DNA of 64,000 nt. It comes from Paraspadella gotoi. Lineage: Eukaryota; Animalia; Chaetognatha. Below the pieces are notes generated by a model. The model was not told the origin of the DNA and did no database searches. It was given only the letters and a program-made list of their open reading frames with translations. The translations under genes and the position numbers were made by a program. How positions within the stretch are numbered: position 1 is the first letter of the stretch; each line of letters begins with the position of its first letter. Of the stretch, positions 39,268 to 51,047 are shown piece after piece. Location of the stretch: assembly GCA_051294375.1 (NCBI GenBank), contig CM119264.1, positions 1,576,522 to 1,640,521 of the forward strand, read 5' to 3'.

Positions 39268-39584
39268 GGCTCTCTTTTCCGAGAATGCTCCATTTCTCTT
39301 CTTATATCCTATAATATAATATATTAAATTAAATATCTTCTTAAACTTAAAAATCAATCCCTAACCTTAATCCCTAACCTTAATCCCTAACCTTAACCTA
39401 AACCTAATCCATATTCCTTATTTCTAACCCTAAGCTCCTACCCTAAATGTTAATCTCTAACCATAATCATAATCCAAGTCCCAAATCTTAATCCTTAGCC
39501 TAATCTCTAACCTGTAACCTATGTAAATCTTTAATCTAATTTTTAATTTAAGGATAAAATGAGGCATTCTTGGAAAACAAGGCC
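39268..39584. mobile_element. MITE, family 1
   Basis: TIRs GGCTCTCTTTTCCGAGAATGCTCCATTT and AAATGAGGCATTCTTGGAAAACAAGGCC with a core of degenerate CCCTAA/CCTTAA units. A probable single arm lies at ~53575-53686. Confidence 0.75.
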
Positions 39585-40698
39585 TGGTTTTATTTTTATT
39601 TTAAAATTTAACAAAAGAAGATTATTACAATCTTTTTTTATATTTTTAGAGTAGAGTGAGGAATATTTTTTTAAACGATTTATTAATACGACGGAAATAA
39701 AAAAAATATCGAGAAAAAACAGAATTCGAGTGAGAAAAGAAAAATTTAGTGTCAAAATCTGTTTTGAGAATTTGAAGCAGAAAGAATTCGATCGAAATAC
39801 TGACTGGTCGGTCGGTCTGGTTGTTTAATATGGTTATGTTTACAGCATATTCAATAGTTTTATTAAATTCGACAGTTTTTATAATATTCATAGAGGAAAC
39901 GATAGTGAGATAATTAAAAAGATAGTATAAAACTGATAAAAAAAATATTTTAAATATTTTAAGAATATTTCACAAGTCTAGAACAACAGACGATTTCTTC
40001 AAAAAGTAACAAACACAAAATGACTGACAGATTGTGTCAGTCGGTGACATATCTTCATATATTTAATCAATTTTAAGTTTTGATATAAGTAATTCGTTGA
40101 ATCATGACAACTTAATTCAGAATTGTAACGACAGATGTGAGAATTGTCGCTTATTCTCATGCTAACACGGAGGAGCGTCTGATGTTTCGCCCGTAACGAA
40201 TTGTCTCAACGTGAGTCGCAGAAGAAAAGTTGTGTAAGGTTGAAACGTTTTAATTATTTATAGAGATCCCTCGGAAACTCGTAAAAACGATGTTTCTCCA
40301 GGCAAAACACTTTGTGAGTGTAATAACAAGAACGACTGAAATTAACTCAAATTCACTCGGATATCAAGGTTAGAAATGGAAGTAAAAATATTGACCTAAA
40401 AGTAGGGAAAGCGCGACATGAGACAAAATATCTTTCACAACAGATTTAAATAACATTATAATTTCTGGTTTAAGGATGCCCGATCAAAGCCCGTCGATTA
40501 TTGTTTTGCTGACACAAATGCCGACACAAATGCCGACGCTAGTAACTTTGTGCCGACAAAGTACGTGCGACGACGTGCGATGACGTGCGACGACGTGCGA
40601 CGACGACGTGTGAATGCAAAGAGTCACGTGCGCGAAGAAGCGACAACCGTGTTTCACGAGGGACGAATTTCCCGAAATTGGAACTTCTTACAATTCCG

Positions 40699-40735
<37 letters not shown>

Positions 40736-40971
40736 GAAAGAAGGGCAATAGTGACTCTGCCGGTGATGATGTGTTTGACTGGGAAAGGAAGAGTTGGAGA
40801 CGGGGGAGGCAAGGGGCGGGAAGTTGTGTGTGAGTGTGGGATTACGAAGTGAGGAGGAAGAGGAGAAGAAGGTGGCTTTGCGTTATTGCTTAATTTGTAC
40901 TTCTTAGTTTCCCCATTTCTTTCCTTCTTGGTGCTTTTTTTTCATCATATCTTATAGTTCACCGCCCAAAT

Positions 40972-41135
40972 CGTGACGCGGTGGCTCATTGAGTAAGGCC
41001 ATTCACTTTATGACCACGAGGTACCGGTTCAATCCAAACTCGATGAATTCGTCAACCGCCTTTGGAGGTGCGAAAACCCTCGCCTTGTTACAAGCCCATG
41101 GCTTGCTAGTAGGGCGTGTAAAGAAGTTGGGATAG
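40972..41135 (+). mobile_element. tRNA-derived SINE
   Basis: A box GGTGGCTCATTGAG and B box GGTTCAATCC; head shared with three other copies in the window. Confidence 0.7.
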
Positions 41136-41397
41136 TTCATCTTTCAGCCAAACTTCGCGCTTTATTCCACATATCCTTCTTTCTATCTTTTTCTCTCTGT
41201 CTCTCTCTCTATCTCTCACCCCCGTCAAAAATAAACATTTGCATGAATTATTTTTTTCCTTTTCGCATTTTTATCGCTGGACTGTTGTTCACAAATTCTT
41301 TGTCCCTCGAGATTCAATGAAGAAAGCGAAAGCAATTTAACGGTCCGTAGTTCGTCTCTTTACTGGCAGCAGACGAGATTCTTTAACCAGTTTCTTT

Positions 41398-41476
<79 letters not shown>

Positions 41477-41574
41477 GTATGTCTTGCTTAGTATGACTTT
41501 TCTTTGACGCTAAAAAATGATTCGTTTTTTAGCCCGATGATTGCTATTGATCGTCTGCTGATGCTCCAGAAAAG

Positions 41575-41840
41575 ATGTTTTTAGCCGATTCCCGGGCAAA
41601 AGTTTTAGCCGATTCGCTGCAAAAAATTTAGGCCGATTCCCACTAAAAAATATTCAGACGAATCCCACAAATTAGTTTGATACCGCCAATTCCTACGCAA
41701 AAAAAAATTAGCCAATTCCAAAAAAAAAAAAAAAAACAGACAAGCCAATTAATTTTCCCGGCAAAAAATTATTAGCCGTCCGTTCGAAAATACGTCTTAG
41801 GCCGCCCGTTCCGCGAAAGAAGATTTAGCCGATTTCCCGG
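41575..41840. repeat. Degenerate ~25-bp minisatellite with a TTAGCCGATTC core
   Basis: Repeated TTAGCCGATT(C) separated by A tracts. Confidence 0.75.
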
Positions 41841-42818
41841 AAAGACCCGAAGAAAAGCAAAGAGATTTCTTAACACCGATGCGGAAAAAAAATGGTTTCG
41901 TCCCGAAAAGTGATTTAGATTCTGGGTCTTGATCCAAAGTTAAGGAGAATCAAGAAGTCGAGATAATAATCACTTTGCTTTGCGGTTCATCGTCGTGATC
42001 CCCATCATATAAGGATCAAACTAAGTCCGTCCAATGAATCTTCGCCAGCATTGCCACTTCTGTTGAAAAGGAAAGTTGTCGAAAGAAAATGTTGATAAAT
42101 GTAGTCGGTTTCAAGTTTAAAGATTTCGAATTAACGTTCATTATATTTAGAATGTAATTCGTTCCTTGCTTGCTAAAAAAACCAATAGTAACATTTGGTT
42201 TTTGAAATCTTCAAAAAGTTTTAAGAAGGTGTTGATTAAAACTTTTCCCGTGAATTTAACAGTCCTTCACCGTTTTTCATTCTTCAACTGGAAATCCTTT
42301 TTACGGTCTACTAATTTTTCTTCTCTCTTCTCTCTCTCTCTCTCTCTCTCTCTGTCATTCTCTCTCTCTTCTCTCTCTCTCTCTCTTATCTATTCTCTCT
42401 CTCTCTCTCTCCCTCTCTCTCTGCTTTCTCTCTATCTCTCTATCTCTCCTATCTCTCTCTCTTCTCTCTCTATCTCTCTCTCTTCTTCTCTCTCTATCTT
42501 CTCTCTCTCTCTCATCTGCTCTCTCTCTATCTATCTCTCTCTCTACTCTTCCCTCTCTCTCTCTCTCATCCTCTCTGAGATAACGCATTAACGCAAGAAA
42601 ATCGTTTCTTCTCTGACCGAGGATATTAGAAGCAGGGTGGAATATTTTATTTTAGCGCTGGACTATTTATTATTTTCCTTTTCGCTCTCTCTCTCTACTT
42701 CTCGCTCTCTCTCTCTCTCTCTCTCTCCCTCTCTCTCTCTACTCTCTTTGCCCACTCCAAAAGTCTCAGACTCGCTTCAGTCGAATCGAGAGAGGCCTCA
42801 TTCCCCCCCCTCTCTCTC

Positions 42819-42851
<33 letters not shown>

Positions 42852-42971
42852 GTCTCTCTCTCATCATCTCTCTTCTCTCTCTCTTCTCTCTCTCCAAACT
42901 CATTCGCAGCCACGCCCACATATCCGATCGCCAGTTTTTTCCACCTGCTCAGTTCGCTATAACCCTAATCG

Positions 42972-43150
42972 GCATTTCTACGCCACATTCAACGCCAAAC
43001 TTTACGCCACTCTCAACGGCACACTTTAGCCACTCTCAACGGCCACAACTTTACGCATCTTAACGAACACTTTACGCCACTCTAAAGCCGTAATTTACGC
43101 CACTCTTCAACCGCCGCACTTTACGGGCACTCTCAACGCCACGCTTTACC
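42972..43150. repeat. ~23-bp minisatellite ACTTTACGCCACTCTCAACGGC
   Basis: About 7 degenerate tandem units. Confidence 0.85.
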
Positions 43151-43577
43151 GCTAGTTCGTCGTCTCTTTCGCCACATTGACATTCGACAAAATTTCGCGT
43201 CCGTTGATTGCTTCGATGAAAGGGAAATCAATGATTTCGTCGATTTGTCAGTTCTAATTCTTTCTTTTCTTTTCGCCTGAAAATCAAAATAAGTAATGTT
43301 GGATCCATAAGATATTAATTTTTATTATAATTTATAATTTATATATTAATTATTTTGGTCTCTAATAAATCATTTAAGAATTGACCATAAAACTAATTTT
43401 TCTTTGATGCGCATTTATTCTGGATTCTATTTGGTCAATTGTCATTTTGCTAAAATTTCTATTTTTAGTATTTAAATTTCTACATTACCGATCTATCTTT
43501 TAATTCTCTCTCTTTATCTCTTCGTCCTCTCTCTCTCCTCTCTCTTCGTCTCTCTCGTCTCTCCTCTCTCTCTCCTC

Positions 43578-43614
<37 letters not shown>

Positions 43615-43731
43615 CTCAACCTCCCTCCGTCTTCCTCACGGGGAAGTGAGGCGAAAGAGCCAGTTCACCATTGAATCACAGAATCACGTCGCCTTAATTC
43701 ACTTTTTCTTTCTCGTCAGCGGGGAAAAGAA

Positions 43732-43809
<78 letters not shown>

Positions 43810-44789
43810 ATTCTTCAATGTTATGAGAGAGCATTTCCATTTTCACAAAAACTTTGACTTCTCCATTCTTGTCCATTGACCCGACAATCACTGGGACATG
43901 ATGAGACAGTATATAGCGGGAGAATTTCACTTCCTCGATCAACGAGGTGGGCAACTCCCAACTCACTGGATTGTGATTCGAAAAAAATCCTTATACAACG
44001 TGAAAGAAAAAGACGAAAAAAAAAAAATACTTAATTTAGAAACACCATGAAGTTACCCGAAAAAAAAAAACGGCGTTGAAAATTGTTATAAAGTAACTAT
44101 AATTTACATTGTATTGTTACGCAATCCAGAAGAAATTTTGGGAGGAGAAGGGAGAGAGAGAGAAGAGAGAGGAGAGAAGGAAGGAGAAGGAGGAGAACGA
44201 GAGGAGAGAGAGAGAGAGAGAGAAGAAGAGGAATCTTAACTGTAAGGATCGAAGGTATTCTGGGTAGTAAGAAAAGCGGCGGCCGCCGGTTACCCGTCCC
44301 AAAGATTGGATAAGATTAACAAAACGGTAATTACCAATGTGTTGCGCGGCAGAGACTCTTTATTTTCCACGAGAGACTTCATTTTTCGAGTATTTTTTTT
44401 GATCAGATGATATGAACAATTAATGACATGAAAAAAAAACTTTCCGTAGGTATGCACTCGCATCGAAATTCCGTCTGTTTATTTCCTTAAGGTTTGTTCT
44501 GAGGATGGCTATAAGTCACTTAATTTGAGGTTTTTTTTCGTCTTAACAATGAGCAACCAACTTAGCGCGCGATTATATGCATTTGGATAAGTTGGGACAG
44601 ACCGACGGACAGACTACTGACCGACAGACAGAGATTTAGACAGGACAGACCGACCGAAAAAGTGACTTTAGAGTTTGCCCGCGGAAGGAAAGGAAGAAAA
44701 CAACTGGATAAAGAAAAAAAAAAAACAAATATAAGAAAAAGTGAAAGAGGATTAATCGACAAAGAAAATCAGAAACTAGAATAGAAACA

Positions 44790-45468
44790 AAAAGATTGGT
44801 GGGGAAAAGCGGAAAAGAGATTGGGGAAGAGAGGAAAGAAGTTGGGTAAAGAAGAAGGTTTGGGCGTAAATAGAAAGAAGATTGGGGAAGAGAGGAAAAA
44901 AAAAGATTGGGGGAAAGGGGGAAAAAAGTGGGAAAGAAGATTGTGGAAAGAGAGGAAAGAAATTTTGGAGAGAGGAAAGAGATTGGGAAAAGAGAAAGAA
45001 GATTTGGGAAGGAGGAAGAAGATTTGGGAAAAGGGTAAAGAAAGATTGGGGAAGAGAGAAAGAAAGGATTGGGAAGAGAGAAAGAAAGATGGGGAAGAGA
45101 GGAAAAGAGATTGGGGAAAAGAGGAAAGAAGATTTGGGGAAGAGAGAAGAAGATTGGGGAAAATAGGGAAGGAGATTGGGAAAGAGGAAAGAAGATTGGG
45201 AAGCGAGGAAAGAAGATTGGAAAGAAGGAAAGGAGATTGGGGAAAAAGAGGAAGAAGATTGGGGGAGAGAGGAAGAAGATTGGGGAAGAAAGGAAAGAAA
45301 GATTGGGGAAAGAGAAGAAGATTGGGAAGAGAGGAAAGAAGATTGGAAGAAAGGAAAGAAATGGAAAGAGGAAAGAGATTGGGGAAGGAGAGGAATATGG
45401 AAGAGAGGAATGAAGATTGGGGAAGAGAGAAAGAAGATTGGGGAAGAGAGGAAAGAAGAGTGGGGAAA
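44790..45468. repeat. ~22-bp minisatellite GAAAGAAGATTGGGGAAGAGAG
   Basis: Periodic GATTGGG units. Confidence 0.92.
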
Positions 45469-46918
45469 AAAAAAAAATGATGCTCACCGAAAAATATGCG
45501 AGTTAAAATAGAAAAAGTAAAAATGAAAAGCTAAGTGCTAAAGAAAATAGTGGATAATGCTATTCGTTAAATAATATCAATAAAGTTAAGAAAATTCAAT
45601 AGTTTAAAATGAATTAATAGTTAGGAATATGTAGTTGTATTATAACTTAGTGGAGCATTTCGTTCGAGTTCAAAATGTTAGCGCAGCGGTAGAGAACTTA
45701 TAGAGAAGAAGCTCTGAAATCATATTAAACCCTAACAGTAAACAGTCTGGGTAATCCCAAACAGTGTAGGTTCGTCATTCCAAAACTGTTCTAGTCCGCT
45801 CCCAAATAGTCTAGGTTCCTCAATCCAAACAGTCTTAGCCCTCATCCCCCCAGAGTCTTGACCCGGATGAAAGGGTCGCGAAATGGGATTCTTCGATCAG
45901 GACGACTTGTGGGCCGAGGAGGCGAAGAAGCGGAGGACATCCGGTGGAGAAAGGAGGAAAGGAAAGGAAGATAGGAGGAAAGAAGAAAGGTGAGGAAGAG
46001 AGGAATGGAAGGGGAGGATAGAGAAAGGAAGGAGAAAAGGAAGGGAGATAGGGAGCGAAATGAAGGAGAAAAGGAAGGGAGGAAAGAAGGAAGGTGAAAA
46101 AAAGAGGTAACTGAAAAAAACTTAAGAAGATAGGGAATGAAATAAATGGAGAAAGAATAAAAGAAGGAAAACTGAAATTTCAGGAAATAATAAAAGAAAA
46201 GAGGATAGAGGAAAGAGAGAGGAGAGAGAGGAGAGAGAGACGAGAGAGAGAAAGAAGAGAAAGGAGATAAGAAAGAGAGAGAGAGAGAGAGGGAGAGGAT
46301 GCAACATCACTTTTTTGGCACTGTTTTCTCGATCGACAACCGTAAAAATGAATCCCTAAAAAGTGATTATCAGATTTTTTGGTACTTTTTCCCTTATGGG
46401 GTTTTTTTGTTGTATTAACACAAATAAAATAAATCATAAATCCTTAGCCAATCACCTCACCACTCACCACTCACCACTCACCAACCCGATGGAAAACGAA
46501 TCCTTTTCTTCAACGATCTGTTTGGTCGTTGTTGTCGTCGTTGTCAGTCGTTGTTACCATTTCGCTTCAACTTCGTGATGCATAACCCACTCAGGGACAT
46601 CGAAAAAGCGATGACGACAACCGAGGAAGAGTGTGACGACGAACAGAGTGGATTGTTGAATACAGGGGGATTCGACTAACAGGAGTGGCGTTAAAAAAAT
46701 AAGTCAGGACGGACAACGAGCTGCACCGAGTGCTTGAGAAGATTGAAATGAGTGCCGAAACGTGAATTATTGAGTGTGGACTGACTGGATGGAGTGAGAA
46801 CCCCTCGTGTGACGAAACGTAGTGCGATTTATTTAGTTATCTTCACCGAACGTTTGATGTGATCTTGTGGCGATTATATTAAGACGCTTCACAATCGTCA
46901 TTTTTTCTGCCAATCCAT

Positions 46919-47100
46919 GGCTCAGAGAGGGAACGCACCATCCCAGCCGTTGTGTGTTCCACTGTCCTAATGGACTTCCCTCTGCGTGACAAGCGACACG
47001 CCCCAGGGTAACCGCTGGTTTAGGTTCACTGAGTGGTGGAAGCCCCCAAAAGCCAACAGTGAGATGGCCATCCCACATGGGGCATCCCAGGCAGCCAAGC
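46919..47100. repeat. Dispersed GC-rich ~180-bp repeat, copy 1
   Basis: Collinear with 57359-57537: GGCTCAGAG, ACCATCCCAG, GTCCTAATG, GGAAGCCCCCAAAGCCAAC, GTGAGATG, GGGCATC. Confidence 0.85.
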
Positions 47101-49224
47101 TCTTGCTGCTATAATCTTTAAATTATTTGCTTCATTTCGAGTTTAGGTTATAAAGCAGAAATTTTTGGAAAAGTTTTAACTTTTTTCGCACGATGGATTT
47201 TCTCTCAAAAAAAAAATTTACCGCCTGAAGTCTCGTCAGTAAGGACTCGAGTAATTATTATTATCTACTACTATATACTACTACTACAATACTACTATTA
47301 CTACTAATACTTCTTCTACTACTTACTAAACTGACTACTAATTACTTTGGGATTCATAGATCGAAACTAAATGTATGACAAGAAATGCAATAAATGACAA
47401 GTGAATCGCTCGACCGAAGAAAGAAATCAGTCGTCCCTGTTAAGTAAAATCGGGTCGAGCCTGTATTGAGTGGAAAAAAAAGCGGCGTGCGGGTGACAGC
47501 GACAACGTGAATGTTTCGACTGAGGGTTAGAAAATTGGGGGGGGAAGTGAAATGGTCATTCAGGACTGACTGGCTGACAAGGTAGACAGACGTTAAGCGT
47601 ATGTTGTGTAGTTTTTTAAATTTGACAACTTGGCAAGTGAGTAGCGGAAATATAAACTTGTGATACTTCGTAATTATTGCAAAATGACCCAAAATGTGAT
47701 TATATTTAAAACAGTGGCTGCGGCCCAATACATGTAAATCGCCAAAATGGCAAACTGAGAATGGCGGATAGATAATGGAAAATGGAGCTGGAAGATGGGA
47801 TTCATGGATAAAATGGCAAATGGAGGCATGGATAAATGGCAAAGTAGGCAGCTGGTCAAGTGGCCAGAAATGGGAATCTTCACGTCGAGGACAGAATTGG
47901 GGGAGACTCAATTTCCTCTCACTCTTCATTCGAGTAGACAAGCAGAGAGAGAGATGGGAGGAAGAGAGAGACGAGAGAGAGAGATGAGAGAAGAGAGAAG
48001 AGAGAGAGAGAGGAGAGAGAGAGAATTGTTCGAACAAAGGAGGAAATTTTGGCCGTGAGAAATGAGAATTTGGGTTGAAAAGGAAAGGCAAAAGAAAATA
48101 GAGAAAAGATAAGGAAAAAGAAAGAAGAAAGAAGGGAAAGGAATAAAGGAGTAGGAAAGGAAAGAAGATAACGGAATATAAAAGGAGATTAGAAAAAAAA
48201 AGAAGAGATAATTCTTGCCATTTCATTTACTGGCGCCATTTTAATCAATTCGTATCATTTACCCTTCCATTTAATTCACTGTGCTGTTTTAATCACTCTC
48301 CCATCTCACTCACTCTGCCTTCTCATTCACTCTTCCATTCTCATTCACTCCGCAATTTCATCTTGACTCTTCAGAGTGCCACGAGAGTTCGAGCACCGGA
48401 CGACTCGCCCCCCCCCCTTCCGTCCCCCTCCGCCCCCCTCCCCGAGTGATGTCAACGACGAAGAGTTTAGGTCGAGATGTCCTTGGAATCCAATTCTCCT
48501 CGAGTTTCCTTGGAAGGCGCTGTTCTCTGCCGTACCCTCTGGTCCCCTTGCTGTTACCCAGCTGGTGCCCTTTCCAGCCCTTGCTGTTCATCGGGTCTGT
48601 TTGTCTGCCGTTTCCATCCTGTTTCTCGTGCCGGTACCAGTGGTTCTCGCTGAGCACTGAGTCAATGGCGAATCCAAGAGGGACAAAGAGGAAATTATTG
48701 CCACTGTCGATGGATTTTCGTTTTCGTGTCGATTCTTTTCGTTGAATTGCTCCCAGTTATTCTCCTTGCATACCTTGGGCACATACCTTGGCACATACCT
48801 TTGGCACTTATCTTATATCTCAATCTCTTTGCCCTGTTTCCTTGGACTTATACCCCATCTTACTCCCCCCCCAATTTGTCTGCCCCGCTTAACTTCCCCC
48901 CCCACCTGAAATTTTTCTCGATAGGAGAAACAAATTCGAAACTGGAATCATAATCCGTGAAAGATTATCACGAGTCACGCGCAGTCGCGCTATTCTCACA
49001 TCTCCCGGCGATTAAATCGGGTGACACTTTTATCCAATCGATTCTTAGCTTCGCGCAAAATTCTTGACTTGACCATGATACGGTTCTCTATTATGCTTGA
49101 CTTAAAACGAACTAATAAACTTAGACTGTGCAGAAAGTCTTTGATTGAAAGCTTACAGGTCATGCCTTGCCATAGCCCGGCCAAATCTCATGGGCAGATG
49201 CTTATTTCTCATTTAATGTAAAAG

Positions 49225-49265
49225 AGTCTCTTCGGAGGCGTGGGTTCGATCCCACCGCTGCAGCA
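49225..49265 (+). other. 3' half of tRNA-Leu(AAG-type) abutting the LTR (extended PBS); not a tRNA gene
   Basis: AGTCTCTTCGGAGGCGTGGGTTCGATCCCACCGCTGCAGCA matches the 3' half of metazoan tRNA-Leu(AAG/TAG) as I recall it (AGTCTCTTCGGAGGCGTGGGTTCGAATCCCACCGCTGCCA+CCA). No D arm or anticodon arm lies upstream. Confidence 0.85.
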
Positions 49266-49595
49266 CATTTAAGTAAACAGGACAGGGATTTCTATATTGA
49301 AACCAAAGTGGAATTTATTCTCAGAAATAGACATGAAGACGTGTCAATTTTCAGACAGAGTGAATCAAAGCAGAAACAGAGGCTATTTATTAAGGTAAGT
49401 GACGAAGCCAGATTCCTCTTCCGGACAGAATCCTCTCTTCCTCCTTCTGGAACCTTCTTTCCTCTTTCGGAAACTATGTTCCTTTTCTGATTTGGCTTCC
49501 AAAATCCCGTTCGAAATCATTCCAGATTCTTCTCCTCTTCCGGAATCTTTCTTGAATCCGTTTCCTCTGGTTTCCGGGTTCTGTCCTCTGTGATT
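49266..49595 (-). mobile_element. LTR related to the 18.6-kb LTR, without internal region
   Basis: Collinear blocks shared with 18564-18680: GACAGGGATTTCT, GAAACCAA(A)GTGGAATTT(T)ATTCT, AAGACG, CAATTT and CAGAGTGAATCAA. A TATA-like box sits in the same relative place (49384-49392). U3 is diverged and the far boundary is approximate. Confidence 0.75.
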
Positions 49596-49954
49596 TGCTT
49601 AAACGAATGAATAATTTTGTATATCGGTTTACAATTCATTTAAGACTTCGTCGTTTCGACTTTCCCTCCGATCGATCGGGTAAAAATATCACCGTTCGAC
49701 TTTGACGACTCTGGGAAGCTCAAAGCGACAGCCGCTACCGCCCCATCAGCGCAGCAGCAGCTGCATCGACCCCGACGACGCTTCTTTTATGGACGCTCAT
49801 ATCGCTCTTTTTAACCCTTCGACTCGCAAGCCGAGCGACCTCGTCTTTTTGGGTTTCGTTTCGTTAGTTTGTATGTTGGTTATTCTTTCACTTCGATTCG
49901 TTGGATTCGATCAATTAGTTTAATTCTTAAGTTTCGTACTGTTATTTTGTACTT

Positions 49955-50048
49955 TGTTGGTTCGTTCGTTACGTTCGTTCGTTTCGTTGGTCGTTCGTTC
50001 GTTCGTTTCGTCGTTCGTTCGTCGGTTCGTTCGTTCGTTCGTTCGTTC
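49955..50048. repeat. (CGTT)n microsatellite
   Basis: Direct inspection. Confidence 0.9.
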
Positions 50049-50329
50049 ACTTGGTTCGGTGTCTTCTCAACACATTTTTTCCTCTCGCGTCGATGACTGA
50101 GAAACATTTTTTCGGTCGACGTTTGCCTTGGGGAATCAGGGGTGGGGTTGAGAGGAGAGAGAGAGAGAGAGAGTAGAGAGGAGAAGAGAACGAAAGGAAA
50201 AGAGAGGAAGTAGAAAGAAGAGACTGAGAGAAGGGTGGGGACAGAGGATGAGAGTACGGAGAACAGACAGACGGAGACGGAGAGCAAGAGAAAGAGAGAG
50301 AGAGAGAAGAACAGAGAGAGCGAGAAGAG

Positions 50330-50367
<38 letters not shown>

Positions 50368-51047
50368 TTTGTCGTTATATGTTGAGTTTGATTACAAACG
50401 AGACTTTGTCTTTTCGCTCTCTCTCTCCTCTCTTCTCTCTCTCTTCCCTCTCATCTCATTCCTCTCTCTCTCTTCTCTCTCTCTCCTCCTCTCTCTCTCT
50501 CTTTCCTCAACCACCGTCGTCACGGATGCCCGGACCATTTGTCCCTTTCTCTCCGGTTCCATTTGTCGCCCTGACCTTTGACCTCTGTACCAGTTTAACT
50601 TCGCCCTGACCTCACCTTTTCCTCACCTAAGCACAGATCGTCGCATCCAAAAAAATCTCCTTTTTCAATTTTTATTTCGCTTTTTTTTAATAATTTAGTT
50701 TCCCCCACCGATGTGGATTCAATCGAATTAATATTGTTATATTATTATATTATATTTATTATGTTGATTTAATTAAGATTTGAAAGATTGCAGGCCTTGC
50801 TTTGGTCATTGATCTTGGTAAGATATGGAGGCTAAACCAACCAAGTCAGGCTTGACCAATCAGCTGATGAACGTTAAAAATGATATTTCGACGACTTCTG
50901 TCTACTTTCCCTTTGTTTTTTTTTTTCTCTCGCCAAATCCAAGATGGCGCCTCTGCCACGCCACTTTGCTAGATCCTTTTCTTCTTCCTCGTCGTACGCA
51001 AAACGCCTGGGTCTCGTCGTGTATTCATAGTTTTCAACGATCACCTC

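Noticed and set aside
39355-39520. True telomere or telomeric fusion site
   Set aside because: The repeats are short, degenerate and enclosed by MITE TIRs.
41080-41105. Twister ribozyme (GTTACAAGCCC)
   Set aside because: The required upstream UAA cleavage segment and pseudoknot partners could not be identified.
44636-45511. 200-280 aa ORFs (GKR-rich or FP-rich)
   Set aside because: Translations of a 22-bp minisatellite that is open in several frames.
47220-47252. Hammerhead core CTGACGA on the minus strand
   Set aside because: No stem II followed by GAAA could be formed.
49225-49265. Functional tRNA-Leu gene
   Set aside because: Only the 3' half is present, with no A box, D arm or anticodon, and it abuts an LTR.
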